In this document: in pieces, positions 50,641-64,000 of the stretch | Layout: the number at the start of each line of letters is the position of its first letter | How positions within the stretch are numbered: the first letter of the stretch is position 1 | DNA from: Camelus dromedarius | Taxonomy: Eukaryota | Length of the DNA stretch: 64,000 nt | Direction of reading: 5' to 3' | NCBI RefSeq assembly: GCF_036321535.1 | Contig: NC_087438.1 | Location: 8,930,001-8,994,000 of the forward strand | Made by a program: the position numbers and the translations under genes | Notes under the pieces: generated by a model | Database searches by the model: none | Told to the model about the DNA's origin: nothing | What the model saw: only the letters and a program-made list of their open reading frames with translations

Positions 50641-53600
50641 ACAATACCTATTAGGGATTGAGGAAGCAGGACAGGCACTGGGAGAAAACAAGCTGCAATG
50701 CATTGCTACACAGATGTCCATTGAACTCATGGGGAATTCTGAAGCCAGGATGACCCTTCAGAGAGGTCCAGAGCTGGGAAAAAGGAGCCAGGCTTTTTAC
50801 ATCCATATCAACCAGCCATTGGACTTAGGATCTCCCTGGAAAGAGTTATTTTTTTTAGTGAATATTTTGCTGCATTACAACCCCCCACAAGCCTTATAGC
50901 TTAAATAAAAAGATAATTGCATATTTTTTATGATTCTGTACATTTCCTGGTGATCTTTCTTTTGTGTTTCTTCACTTGATGTCACTTTTATGGCTGCATT
51001 CAAACTGTCATTTCTTGGTGGCCATATATCATCAGTACTAATTTGGCTGCTGGCTTTGATAAGTGACCAAGATTCCAAAAGCAAAGGTCAATGTTAATAT
51101 ACATTGGGTTTACAAGTTCTAAAGTCCAAAAGATACATGGACATTGTCATTTTTTAATTGAACTGATGGCTGCAGTCACTTCCTCCTATTTTTGGTTCTT
51201 GGCATCCATGAATTAATACAGAAGGGTATCCCAATATTAGCCACAGTACCAAAAAGAATTTGGATTGTTGCTATTGAATGGGTGTAATTCAGGAGACTTA
51301 CTGGAGTGTCTCTTAGGATTCTCATGTTCAATAATAACACTCGAGGGAAAATTGTGTAAATGAAGGGCAGCAAATGGCTTAGATTATTTAGTTTGGTTCA
51401 TCACACCAAGTGAAATAAAGGAAAGGAAGAAAAAAAAAATGTCTGAGTTACTGGAAAATGTTCAAAGGAAAATGGAACGCATGTCATCCAGTTTGGCCTT
51501 CTTCACATCTGCATGCAGAGGGGCTACGGCCGCTGATGTACGCCAGTTACTTGCGTACCATCCTCTCCTTTGCAAACACCTTACTTAAACATGGCTAGAG
51601 CTGCTCTGTAATTGCTGGAAGGATTTGAGTATCTTCGGTCTAAAATGTTTGTGACATATTCTAGCTTTGAGAATTACAAATGGTAATTTAAACTAAAAGT
51701 GGGCAACTTATTTTACCTTTGTGAATTAACACTGAAGTACGTGAGATAAATATGTCCTATATGTAAAAATGAAAAATTGTTCAAGTAAGTTGAGCTTATG
51801 GTAATAATTTAAATTTACTGAATTCACAAGGTCTATTTAAGTACTCTGGACTATTTTGCCAATAAACTTTAAAATTTGCCCAGTTAGGCTTTGAAGAGGC
51901 TTTAATAATTATGAAGAGATTATATTTAAAAATGCTTTTTTAAATGATTAATGAAATTATACTAAGTCTTAAATATGATCAAGAACTCAGTCTGTTTCAA
52001 TTACAGTTCATAGAACATTAGTTGCGTTTTCCTAGGAAATGTCCTAAAATTATAAATAGAATAAAATAACCTGAATGTCAAGTGCAGAAGAAAAATCAAA
52101 ACTCATGACTGTATCCTAGAAGGTCCCATGATGCAGAGATGACTAGTTTCTGGACTAGACTTCCCATTCTCTTGACATCTAACCCAGTGTCTTGTCACCT
52201 TAGGCCCCCAGTGTGACAGTTCCCTCTTGCTGTTGGGCTTTATCTTCACATGACTTCCTTTCTTTTATTTGTCTCAGCCTAACAGCTGTCTTCTAAGAGA
52301 GGCTTCTAAACCCTAGGTCCCTAAGCACTCTCTTCCTATCACGATGTTTCCCCCTCTAGAAGAACACCAAGGACCAAGTAACGTTCTCTGTTTGGTTTGG
52401 CTTATTGTATACCTCTGTCCATGGCAAGGCACATTTGGGGAGGGTTAGGTTGTGATCCGCCTTCCAGGGCTGTATTTCTAAAAGTTAATCCTTTGATCTT
52501 GGATCGTAATAGGTGCAGAGTTAACACTGGTTAATGAAGGTTAACACCGCCTCCCACTTTATTAACATCCATCATCTGACTCCAGAATCTGAAGAAAGGG
52601 AGCTATGCTATCTATTGTTTTAAAATATAAGCATTAGTTGATAGTGTTAAGCAATACAAGTTTATACACCCAGAAGGTTCAATTTCAGTCTACAAAAGCA
52701 AAGAACTATTGAAGTGATCAGGAGATTTAAAAATTGCTTAACATTCTCCCTGCCGTCATGGTGTTTTAGAACCTGAGTAAGAAGGCTGACAAGAAATACA
52801 GCCAAACTACTGTGTGTCTGGCTCTTTTTATGCTTGTGAGTCTGCCAGTGCACTCACTATTAGGATTCTTACTATGTAATCTATAAAATATAACTAATTA
52901 GATTTAAAAGGCATTTTGGTGCTGTACAAAACAATAAGTAGGTGCCTCTTTTAATCTTCAATGATGACCTTTGATTATTACATGTGTGTTGTAACAGAGA
53001 AGTTCATACTCTCATGTTTTTATTCACTTTTGTGACTTTATTTAGTGATAGGCTAAGCACAATTTAATTCTATAGAACTTAACTCTTGTAAAATTATAAC
53101 AATCTAAGCCAAGTATAATTTGCTTTGATGACAAAATCCAGAAAGCCACCAGGAAATAATTTCAATAAGGATCAAATGTTGTGCCCCGTGTCTGCTTAAA
53201 TCCTTATTATACTGGGAGTTTCTGTAAGGGTTTTTCATAGGAACCTTTCTGGAGTATCTTCCTCTCATTTCACAATATCAGTCAATCATTTCTCAGCTAT
53301 TACTATGACGGTTGCGTTTGGCACTGTAAGAACTAAACTCCGAGTGCCAAATAACACTTTCAAAAACACATGATTACTAATTTTACGTTAAACGTGGTGG
53401 AAGTAATGGCAGTCAAAGCCCTCCCTCCTTTCCCCTTATGAATCCAGCCACTTTGAAAAAGAACACAGGCAGCGTCAGATTTAGGAAAGAGATGGGGTAG
53501 CCACTCCATTTCCTCACAGGCTCCTGGTGAGCTCTGTTGGAGGCTGTTCTCAGTCCTGAAGACAAACTGAAGCTCCCCAGCAAATCATCCTTTTCTTTCT

Positions 53601-55430
53601 CCCTGGTGCATCTAGATCTTGGCGCCTATTGCTAAGAAACCATGACATTTCTGTAGTTTGTGATGTATTTGTTTGTAGCCTTCTTGCCTCTTATGGCGCA
53701 CAGGGGAGATACGGGTATGTGTCTGTCTATGTGGGTGCATGTGGGTGGGTGCATGCATGTATGTGTGTGTGTGATTTATGTCTGAGAATATGAGAAATTA
53801 AGAAATAAACAAGGACCAAGTCAGAAATGTCTTTTTACTGTGGTAGTTTCAGCCCCTGATGAAGGTGGCCCGGTGGTATCATGTTCTCCCCAACTTTGCA
53901 GTCAGGTTGAAGGAAAAATACCATATGAGTTGCCTCAGTGTATGTCCATATTATCACCAGATTGGATCTCATTAATTAGGAAGAAAGAACCCCATGGTTA
54001 TGATTAGGAACTGCTGTTTTTCACAAGGACTGGCTTAAGTTGTAAAATATTTTAAAAATTATATACACTTATCTTTATCATTTAACACCAAGTAAGATGG
54101 GACAGAAAAAAGTCAAAATGTAGAAATTTTTGGTGGTTATGAGTGTAGGAAGCACAAAGCAGTGCATATGTGTCTTCTCCATTTTCATGTGAAAAATATA
54201 GTGGAGAGAGTGAATTATTTTCCTCAGCAGGATTGGCTAGAAATTCTCCGGTTTTATCTCAATATAAAGTTCTCTCTTCAAAGATGTTCCATGGTTATTT
54301 TTGCTTCTGCAGTTGTTCTGTGTTTTTTACTTCCTTTACAAGAATTGGTAGTATTCGTAGGATTGGTAGTATTTGTAAAATGAAACATTAGAAGTGATCT
54401 GATCGTTTGTTTAAGAAAATGAAGTATCAATGGAACCTTGAAGCTTTGTTTGTGTCAAATCACATCATCTCCGGAAAATCAGTAACAATTTTGCCTACCA
54501 TGAAAGATTTGGCAGCTTGTGGAAATGTCAGATGTCAGTAAAATTTCATTGACAAGCAAAAGCTTGATTATAGCAAAGAAACCTTTTTACTGTGTAAGGG
54601 CTGAAACACTTCTGAGCCTTGCATGTACGTTTGGCTTTGCTTTGTTGATAAGAAAGAATGTTCCCAGGGAACATGACATGACTTTCTATATCAGCAAGAA
54701 TTGGCCTCTGCAAATATCTGACCTCAAAGAGAGGAAAATGTAATGAACTTAAAATTCATCATGCTGCTAACATCTCAAGATTTGGGGGCAGAGACGGGGA
54801 GTCAACTACTTTAAGCACCTGACAAAACTTTAAATAATAATTTGTGTTTAAATATGTCTTGTCCTGTTTTTAAGAGAGAGAAAAAGGAAAAAAAGAAAAG
54901 ATACTATCAGAACAATTTGACAAGGAGTTTATCCATGGCTTTTTTTTTTTTTTTTAACTTTTTGGATATTTTTAGCTATATAAATGAGGAAAATATTTCA
55001 AGGCTCAGCAGGCACCACTAGGTATTTTACTGGGGGATAAAAAAAAAAAGCTAGACAAACAAAAGAAGCTCTAAACAGTGGTTTGGTCAAACTGCCATTC
55101 TTGAAAAGGTTAAAGTCAGAAAATGATGTGAACTTTCCAATAGCTAAGGATGAGCTGCTGCAGGCAGGAGTCAATAGCGATAAATCCCTGTAAATTCCTA
55201 GGCAGACTGAAGATTTCAGATACTGGAAATTACCACAGGATGCGTTCTGAAGGTCACTTTTTGTTTAATGTTATGTTTTAAGTTTTTAATGCTTCATTTT
55301 ATTTAGCCTTTAGTGTATATGAACTATGTATTCTTTGCTTACTTTGTGTGTTCATGTTTTATTTCTGGTAAAAAAAAAAAAAAAGGCATACTGTCCGTTT
55401 TCAGTTATTATATGGTCTACATTTATGCCT

Positions 55431-55895
55431 TGTGGCAATAAACAAAGGTCAATCAAGTGAGAAAAGGGAAGGCTGTTTATCCTGAACTTGCTATGGCAAG
55501 GGAGTCAGCTGCTGCCACTCGCTTTTTGGCAAAGACTCAAAGGCAGGCAGAGGAGTTAGAAAGGTTTATAGTGGAAAACAAGGATGGTTTCAGACATGCT
55601 GATCTGGAGGCTGTTGTCTTTGGGAAGCTGGAGGCAGGTTCCCTAGAAGTGGGGACAAACTTAGGGAAGCTGACAGTTATTAAGCACACCCTGGCTATTT
55701 TTGGCTAATTGTTGCAGAAGGTGTGTTTAGTTTTCTGGATTGTCGCTAGAGACAGCAGTCTAGCCTCCTGCAAACCTGACTTAGAGCAGTTTATTAAAGA
55801 GGGGATTGGTTTCCTGGGATGTTGCTACAGGCGCGGGTCAAAGTTCTATCTTTATTTACAGTCTGGCCGTTGTCCATTTGGATACTCTGGCTTTC
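55431..55895 (-). mobile_element. Old ERV1-class LTR (family uncertain)
   Basis: TG start (tgtggcaata), tttatcctgaacttgctatggcaagggagtcagc, tggccgttgtccattt, ending ..ctttCA. Confidence 0.6.
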
Positions 55896-55989
55896 AACTC
55901 TCCTGTTGTTTCCAAATCCATGAGGTCCTCAGTTCTCCGATCCCCGGTGGTTCCTACAGACTCACCTCTACCACCATCGTCCTTATTCA

Positions 55990-56365
55990 CCTTGCCCGAG
56001 GTGTGAGGGCCTCCCCTATCTCAGGCCTCTGTATTTCCTATTTCTTCTTGTAAAACATTTTTTGCAAAAATACATACATGGCTGTTTTGCACTCTTTGCT
56101 CTGGTCCCTGCCCAAATGTTACTTCTTCAGTAAAGTGTTTCCTGATCAGCCTTCACAAACCAGCCAGTCTGAATCAGTCTGCTCAGCTCACTGTGTCTCT
56201 TTTTATCCATTATTTCAACTGTTCATTCTTTGTTTGATGTTTGTCTCTCTCAATAGAATTTAATGGCACTAAGGATATTGGCTGTTTTGTTCACTGCTAT
56301 ATTCATTCTTCCTAAAATAGTAAAATGTACAAAGTAATTGATCTTATCTGAAGAATGAATAAAAC
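55990..56365 (+). mobile_element. L2 3' end fragment
   Basis: aaatgttacttcttcagtaaag..tgttttgttcactgctatatt..gaatgaat tail. Confidence 0.55.
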
Positions 56366-56982
56366 CTGTATTCCTTGATTTAACAAATTTAGAAAATATT
56401 TTTTTCATCTACCATATGACCTTTGAAAACTTCAGCTCCTTGTTTCCTTACTTTCCCTTTTGAACATCTTCTCATAATTTTATCTGTTTTACTACCTTTA
56501 GTTTTTCTAAATGCAAAGTTTCTATCTCACAATTATACTGAGTTTAATTTTAAGATCAGAAAAATTCATTGAAATACTGTCAATTAAAAACATTCAGGGA
56601 TTTTTAAAAAACAGCATTGATGGCAAGCACTTAGCTCACCCTTCCCACCAAATCATACTTTGCTTCCAGAATGACAACCATTGTTGTCTTCTGTTGTATA
56701 GTTTTCAGATAATTGTATATTCATTTGTACTGGTACTGTATTGATCATGGTAAATGAATACTAGTTCTAGAACAAGCAAACTCAAATTATCAGGAACTTG
56801 AGATAGTAAAGGTTGATTTTTCGTTAAGTCAGGATCTGATTGACACGAATTGGTTCTCCAGAAGCCACCTTTCAGATAATGTACCAATAATCCAGTTCAC
56901 TGCCATGTTAGACAATGACAAATTCAATACCATGTGCCCCCTAGGGTGTCTGCACAAGGAGAAGAGAGACTGTAAATGAGCT

Positions 56983-57056
56983 GAGGTGCTGGGGATTGAA
57001 CCTAGGACCTTGTGCACGCTAAGTAGGTGCTCTACCACTGAGCTATACCCTCCCCC
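56983..57056 (-). mobile_element. tRNA-derived SINE head (Vic-1-like), no tail
   Basis: Reverse complement ggggagggtatagctcagtggtagagcacctacttagcgtgcacaaggtcctaggttcaatccccagcacctc has intact A and B boxes. Confidence 0.85.
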
Positions 57057-58462
57057 TTAGAACATGAAGTATTTTTAATAAACTCTTAACAGACACGTAT
57101 TTTACAAAGTGAAGTATTTTAGTGATATTATGAAATACGTACACAGTGTTACATATGTTGTACTCAAGAGATGACTGAAACTGTAAAAGTGCATTGGAAA
57201 GTATACGGGAAAGAAATACATCAAAAATATAACCGGGTCATGCAGAAATAGGTGATATTTTTTTCGTTAAACTTTTCAATTATAAAAATATCATATTTTG
57301 GAAATAATTTCTAAGTGAGAAAACACCATGAATTAAAATGGTCTGAGGATAAATGAATTAGGCTTCTTTTTTTTTGAGAAAATCAGTGTTAAGTCACAGA
57401 TCTAATACTCTCAAGGTTCTATTTTTTGTGCCCTTTCGGAATTATTTTATGACCATGTATTATGTTTTCTTGCTTAATTACACACCTCACACGACCATTG
57501 TTTCAGTTTTGAGGGAAATTAACATTATAAACTCTGGATGGAGCAGCCGAATCCCAACACCCCAGTTATGTCAAAATTCACTGTAGGAATTAAATAAAGG
57601 TCTTAGGTTCTTTAACTCACTAGGTCTCCATGTGTTTCCAGTAGAAATCTAACTCACCAGATTTTTACTTTAAGTATGTCTGAAATATTATATACTAAAT
57701 GCTGTTCGCAGAGTCACAATTAAACTGCATTTTAATAACTCTGTGTATATCTGAAATAAAGAAATAAATTTCACCTTGCTTAGACTATCACTTCTCAAAT
57801 TTATTTTATTGCTGCCCCATACATGCATCTATGCCTGTTGCTCAGATGCTGTTTGAAGCCTACTGTTTTCTTGTCTGGCCACACAGAAGAGGCAGCACGG
57901 GCAGTGGTCTGACACGTGCCTGGGGTCGGACCTTCGCACTGCTGGGATCAATTATGTTACTCTCTTGTGCATCAGTGGCTTCGTTTTTAACATGGGAAAA
58001 AAGGGGAAAAAAACCCTTTCATCCAGGGTTTTATGACATTTAAAACTGTAACTTATGAGCGTAGAAGCTCTTAGAGATGGCTGACATAGTGTTATGTAAA
58101 CTGTTATTATTATTACTTATGTTTAACCCAATCTTCGTGTCTAATCTTTCTGTCTTTCAGACTCTCCTCTTCTACTAGCTCCTGTTCAAGACGGCTAATA
58201 GACAAGAGAAGATGTCACTCATCTGCTCTTTGGGTGAGGGGTTTCCAGGGACCATCTGGTCCTCGGATGTCCACTGCCTCCTGTCCTCTGACTTATGACC
58301 AGCGTGTTAGCTGTCTAGGTGTTCTCCTTCCTTACTGGGCTGATGTCTGCAATTGGCGGCCTGCTGACATGGTATGTTTCACTAAGCCATATCCTCTATG
58401 TGATGCTGGCCTAGGCGGGCCTCCCTGCAGCCTTGTCACCTTGTCACCACCTAATTCTCATG

Positions 58463-58516
58463 ATCAGTTTTGGACTGAATGTTTAGTTGTGCACCCCCTA
58501 CACTCACGTGTGTGCA

Positions 58517-58551
<35 letters not shown>

Positions 58552-58897
58552 ACACAGACACATTCATATATTGAAATCCAAATCCCTGATGTGAGAGGTA
58601 GGTTAAGAGGTGGGACCTTTGGGAGGTGATGAGGTCATGAGGATGGAGCCTCATGAATGGGATTAGTGCCCTACAAGAGACCCCAGAGAGATCCCTTGCC
58701 CCTTCAGTCACACGGGGGCACAGTGAGAAGATGGTCATTTATGAACCAGGAAGATGGTTGTCACCAGACCCTGAAACCACAGGTGCCTTGATCTTAGATT
58801 TCCCAGCCTCCAGAAATGTGAGAAATAAACTTTCATTGTGTAGGCTGCCTGCTCTACGGACAGTAGTTTGTTACAGCAGCGTGCACAGATGAAGACA
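58463..58897 (+). mobile_element. MaLR LTR (MLT1A0/MST-like) with internal (CA)n
   Basis: ggtgggacctttgggaggtgat..gcctcatgaatgggattagtgccct..cccagcctccagaaatgtgagaaataaa. (CA)n at about 58519-58562. Confidence 0.88.
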
Positions 58898-61869
58898 CCT
58901 ATTATGCCCCAGTGTGGGAGGTGAGTAAAAGATATTTTGGATTTGCTCTTCCTTTCCTCCTTTCAAGGCAAGAGCTCCACACGTCCATTCTTTGTGTCCT
59001 GGAGCAGAGAGATGGAGATGCCGCCACTGTCTTCCGGAGCATCCCCATAACATACAGGTGCAAAGGGAGGGTTTCCCCTTACCTTTTACTCTGTGGTCCC
59101 TCGATTTTTCTTGAGAGTTTAGTGATGTGCATGTTGAGAGGGTGTGAGGAGACAGAAGTCATTACACCAATAAAACTTATATAGGTAAGAATGTGCTGGA
59201 GACATAGCGTGTCTCTTACACACACATTCATATCACGTGGACAATCACTCCTTTTTCTTCCTTTATCCTACTCAGCTAACTCTGATCTGAATCAACCCTT
59301 TCCACACGTGTTAAGAAAAATCAACAACCTATGTGTGAGCTGTCCCTCAGTTAATGCCTTTCACTGATGGAAAAATTGATTTAAAAGTCATATGTAAATT
59401 GGGCTCTGGTAAACAGAATGTCAGTTTGAATGTCTGTTACCAATGTTCCAATCAGATGTTTTCTGTTCTCAGTGAAGGTTCTCCTGTCTCCCCCTACGAG
59501 ATAAGGATGTCCTGAAGATTTTGGAGAAATAGCAAAGCTCATGTGTATTGCTCCGTATGATAGTCCTTCTCTCATTAGGTGATGATTTCCTTGACTGAAG
59601 GAATTGTCACCTTAAGGCAGGTATTTACAGTTCATCACACAGTCACTGACACGCTGCGCATATTCTGAAAATCGTAAATGCATGTTTAGTGGATGGATTG
59701 ATGGAGTCTCATGCCTGTTCTTGAATTTAGCAGGGACCCTCTTCCCCTACCAGATCACGTTTGGATGAATGAATTCTGTTGATACTTTCAGAGGAATTGG
59801 TGCTGTGTTAAAGAAAAATTTAAGTTTGCAGGTCGCCGTGCTGTTTGAGGATCACGTGTGAACACACGGTGGAAATTTGGAATCAATAATCAATAATACC
59901 CATGTCTGGAAATAAGCATGGAAACACGCCCTTTCTGCTTCTAGAATTGCCCCACAGGTGTGGTCCCAGGAACATAAAGCACCAAGCCCGGCAGCCCCTT
60001 CCCTGTGGGCTTCCCTGCTGCAGAGCAGCTCCCACCGCAAATGACACCGAACACCAGCTCTGTTTGCTATGAGATTTATTTCTTCATGCTTGGCAATTAC
60101 GAGTAACCTTTGAAGGGAAAGGAAAACACTTACAGCTTGGCAAGTCATGTGTACCATTTCAGAAATTTCCCCTAAGTTCAAAGAACAAGTAAATATCACT
60201 TACGCCTACAGATTTAAAAGTCTCTGCCCAAAAATAAGTGATGAAAGGGGTTTTCTCTTGTTTTCGTATCATGGATTGTTTTAGAAGGTGTTTCTTTAGG
60301 AGAATTTATGACCTCAAATTGCCTTAACTTTTTAGATCCTCGAGAATGCGCTGAACTTCAAGCGTCATTTTCATTTCCTGCAGCAGTAGTGGTTCAAATT
60401 TTTTAAATTGGTCAAATCACTTTGGAAAAAACCAAACCATCCTTCTGATGTGACTAATGCTCATAGAGATACTTTAGGTTACGGGAAAATTGAAAAAATG
60501 CAATTCAGAAAGAAAATGTAATGCCAAAAAGACCGTTCTAGCCTCTCTGGGATATTAGACTGAAGGACATTAATGGGAAACACATCCCATTGGTATTTTA
60601 AATACTCTTATTATTTTTAAAATTCAGAGTAGGTACACATAGCAACAAATACTTGTTTCAAATTCAACGTAGAGTGGGAAAAACACATTTAACAGATAAG
60701 ATAAAGAAAAAAATAGCTGACATGTCAGAAACACAAATATTTTTTGAAAATTGACAGGGTACCCAAAATAAAGACCCACAATAGAAATATATCCAGCAAA
60801 TATAAAATACAGAGAGAAATCCATTCCACTGACTTTCCAATTCTGTTCTTTATCAGGCTTATCCCCAGGCTTACTCTGGGACAATACAGTCTACCTCTCT
60901 CAGGGGCTCCTGTACAGCCTGTAGTTAAGAATACAAAGACGTAAATCAGAAGCTGTAAAAATGTACTTCCTCCATAAAGGAGGAAGTCTCAGTTTTTTCA
61001 GCTCCAAACAGAGAGAATATAAGGGGCTTAAATCCTGGTGGAGGACAGGAATTTCATTTCAAATCATTAGACTCGAAGCCAGTTTCCTTACAAACTTTGT
61101 GCTTGTCCCTATGCTTAAAATAACCCACACAACCTAGCATGTGCTCTGTCAGCCAATAGACTATAATTTAGGGAATGCAAAGAGAGGAAAAGGATCTATT
61201 AACAAAAGCATATTGCCACACACGCAGGGGAGTGTTTGTAAGTACAGTGCATCCGCCATGCTGTTATATGTTTGCCTAATTCTCTGTTGTGCTGAGTATT
61301 TTCCCTCAAACATCTTAAATATTATAGCACCAAACGGTGATGATGAATGTAATCTTTTCAAGTAGCTTATTAAAATGGTAAAAAAACACTTATAGTAGGT
61401 GGATCTTAGCATTTTAACTTACCTTGATAAAATATAATTTTGCATATATGATTAAAGAATGCACTAGCAGCATATACTGGCAAAATGAGCTTTTGTACAT
61501 CTTCATAATGTTTGCTGTGTGAGTGCGCGAGTTTGTATGTGTGTTTGTGAGAGATGTGTGCTAGGATCTCCATACCTTAATGGTTTATAGCATAATATGT
61601 TATATTCAGGGAATTGCAACAGGCAAGTAAATCACTAAAGAAGTATTTGATACTATATACTAAAATATTTTTAAAATAACAATTTCATTAATTAGTGAAT
61701 TATTTCCATAAATCTTATTCATTTTTATGCATTTGCATATATACTATAAACATGTAAATAAAATAATAACTGAATATGAGAAAATTTAAGGTGTATTAGA
61801 CCAGACTTACTCACTAGTAATTTTCCACATATATGGACTCACTAACATCAAACTAATGTTACGATACAG

Positions 61870-62115
61870 AGCATGACTGAGGCAGCCAGACTACTGAGTT
61901 GAGATATAAACTTTGCCGGTACTAGCAGTGTGGAGAGAATGATCAGATCTGTCTGTGCCACAGTTTTCTCATCTGCAAAATGGGGTTAGTAACAGTGTCT
62001 CTTTCACTGGATTGTTTTGAGAATTAAATGAGCCGATACCTGAAAAGTCCTTAGAAGATTGGCCCTGAATTAGTGTTTTGTTACCTGTAATAATGACCAC
62101 AATAATACTAATAAC
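61870..62115 (+). mobile_element. MIR SINE
   Basis: ctgtgccacagttttctcatctgcaaaatgggg..gagaattaaatgag. Confidence 0.7.
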
Positions 62116-62559
62116 TATATATACAATATTGCATTCATTTTAGACATGATTATTATTGATTTTGAGTTTAAGAGTTATACTGATTGATTTTTTCAGTCGT
62201 ATTAAATATATATGATCAATGTGGAAGAACTAACATGGCTGAAAATTTTCTAATGCAAAATACATATTGAATTGCATGAGGAAACAGATTTCTTTACCAG
62301 AATGCCATATTAATTCATATACTCATTTGCCATTTCCTTTTCTCTCTAGAAGTTTTCTCAGTAAGTTATTTGCAAATCACTGAACTCTGTAGTAAACATG
62401 CAACGTTTCGTTACCTGGTTCCTTTTTGTTGGGCTTTCTGCTTGAAAAAGATTATCTACCAACCTGGCCCTAATTACCATCTCTATTCTGATCACTCCCA
62501 ATCTACATATCCAACTAAGAATGTGACAGAGTTAGCCATAGGGATAGAGGTAGAGATGA

Positions 62560-62632
62560 GGATAGATGGATAGGAGGATATGATAGACAGATAGATAGAT
62601 GACAGATAGATAGATAGATAGATAGATAGAGA
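62560..62632 (+). repeat. (GATA)n microsatellite
   Basis: Visible in the sequence. Confidence 0.92.
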
Positions 62633-63111
62633 ATATGACAGGTGAATAGATGATTTGGAAGTACTTTAAAGCTAATGTGTTAAAAGTTCAATTCCTCCTT
62701 TTTTTTTTTTTTCTCACCCACACTGTGCTCCTCCAGTTGCCCCTCATGAGTTATTGGGACCACACTTCCACTGAGACTTGCAACTCAGCCAGTATCATCA
62801 TCCTCTCTTCTCTCTCTCTGTCCACATTCCTTACTAGTTTGTCCTAATTCCACCTTCTAAGGAATTTTCAATTTCCCCCTTCCCTCCGACTCCACCGATG
62901 TTTCCGTGACTTAAGGGATAATTGTCTCCCTGTTGGTTTGCTAAAAAGACTTTTAGACTATTCTCCCTACATTTCCCAGGTTAAAAGCCATTCATAGGTC
63001 TGTGTTTTCTTCAATATAATAACGACTTTAACACTCAAACCATTATAGATACGTTGTGCATCATTTTGATTACTTTATATATCTCATTAATTATCAGTGG
63101 AAAAAAGTCTT

Positions 63112-63401
63112 TTGACAACCTTCCAGTTATAGAATAAATAAGTCATGGGGATGTAAAATGCACCATGCTGACTGCAACTACAATTACTTTATGGCATATA
63201 TTGAAGTTGCTAGGAGTAAATCTGAAAGGTCCTCATCACAAGAAAAAAAAAGTTTGGTAACAATATACCATGACAGATGTCAACTAGACTTACTGTAGTG
63301 ATCACTTTGCAATGTATACAAATAATAAATTATCTTGTACACCTGAAACCACTATAATTTATATGTCAATTATGTTTAGTAGGAAAAGAAAAATATCACA
63401 C
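63112..63401 (+). mobile_element. 5'-truncated L1 (L1MA9-like) 3' UTR
   Basis: ttccagttatagaataaataagtcatggggatg..gtgatcactttgcaatgtatacaaata..tatatgtcaattat with an 11-bp TSD aaaaaagtctt (63101-63111 / 63402-63412). Confidence 0.85.
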
Positions 63402-64000
63402 AAAAAAGTCTTAGAAGAAAAACATCATTGTGATATCAACTGATAATTGAGGAAACTAAGACATGGAAAGTTTATATGATGGTCCTAGGTTATCTAGTTA
63501 GAAGGTGGTAGACAAAATCAAAGTCGCCTGGTCAGACTTGGAAGGTCGTTATTTACTTTACTGCCTGTCATGCACGACTGTGTCCTGCGTGTTGCTAATA
63601 ACTTGGCTCCTGGTGAGCCTCCCTTGATCTCCAAAACTGGGCTAGGTCTCATAGAATTCTGGACATCTGAAATCACAACACTCATTTAAGTTTTTTTTAA
63701 TATCCATGGCTGTTCTTTGTGGATCTACTTCTCTGCCAAATACTGTCTTCTCTGTGAGGGAGGAGACTGCCCAGGTCTGTTATCATTGCTTCTCCAGGGC
63801 TGGTTGCAGTGTCTGATGCACGGTGGGTGACGAGGAATTTCTGCTGAAAGAGGGAATCACCCCAAGTGACCCCTGTTCCTTTTCATGGCGATTTACCAAA
63901 TTTCCACCATTCTTTGCTATAACCATAACGCCTAGATGATTGAAAAAATGAGCTGCTCCCACTATAGTAATTTCATGCAGACTTGGTGGCTGTGGGTGGA

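Noticed and set aside
50196..50730. Overlapping 89-aa and 142-aa minus-strand ORFs
   Set aside because: They are antisense to decayed ERVL internal/LTR sequence and show no coding signature.
58508..58525. 18-bp perfect palindrome gtgtgtgcatgcacacac
   Set aside because: Trivial consequence of adjacent (TG)n/(CA)n microsatellite sequence.

Overview
AT-rich mammalian genomic DNA, most likely from a camelid, judged from Vic-1-like tRNA-derived SINEs, artiodactyl-type L1 3' ends and no Alu, Bov-A or PRE-1 SINEs seen. I recognise no protein-coding gene, rRNA, functional tRNA or CRISPR array. The listed ORFs are decayed L1/LTR fragments or chance frames, so the window looks intergenic or deep-intronic. 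It is dominated by retroelements: an old ERVL internal region at about 1.3-6.9 kb split by eight nested LTR insertions, several L1s (one with a clear twin-priming inversion), MaLR/MLT LTRs, L2/MIR, and Tigger3, MER5 and MER20 DNA transposon fossils. The most unexplained feature is a GC-richer, CpG-retaining block at about 13.2-13.9 kb. It carries a 42-bp inverted repeat (39/42 identical, all three mismatches G-U compatible on the + strand) and shuffled inverted modules. There are also two perfect 15-bp-stem/7-nt-loop hairpins of identical geometry (17.7 kb and 28.5 kb) and a few candidate orphan exons. Repeat family names come from recall of consensus sequences, not from a database search.
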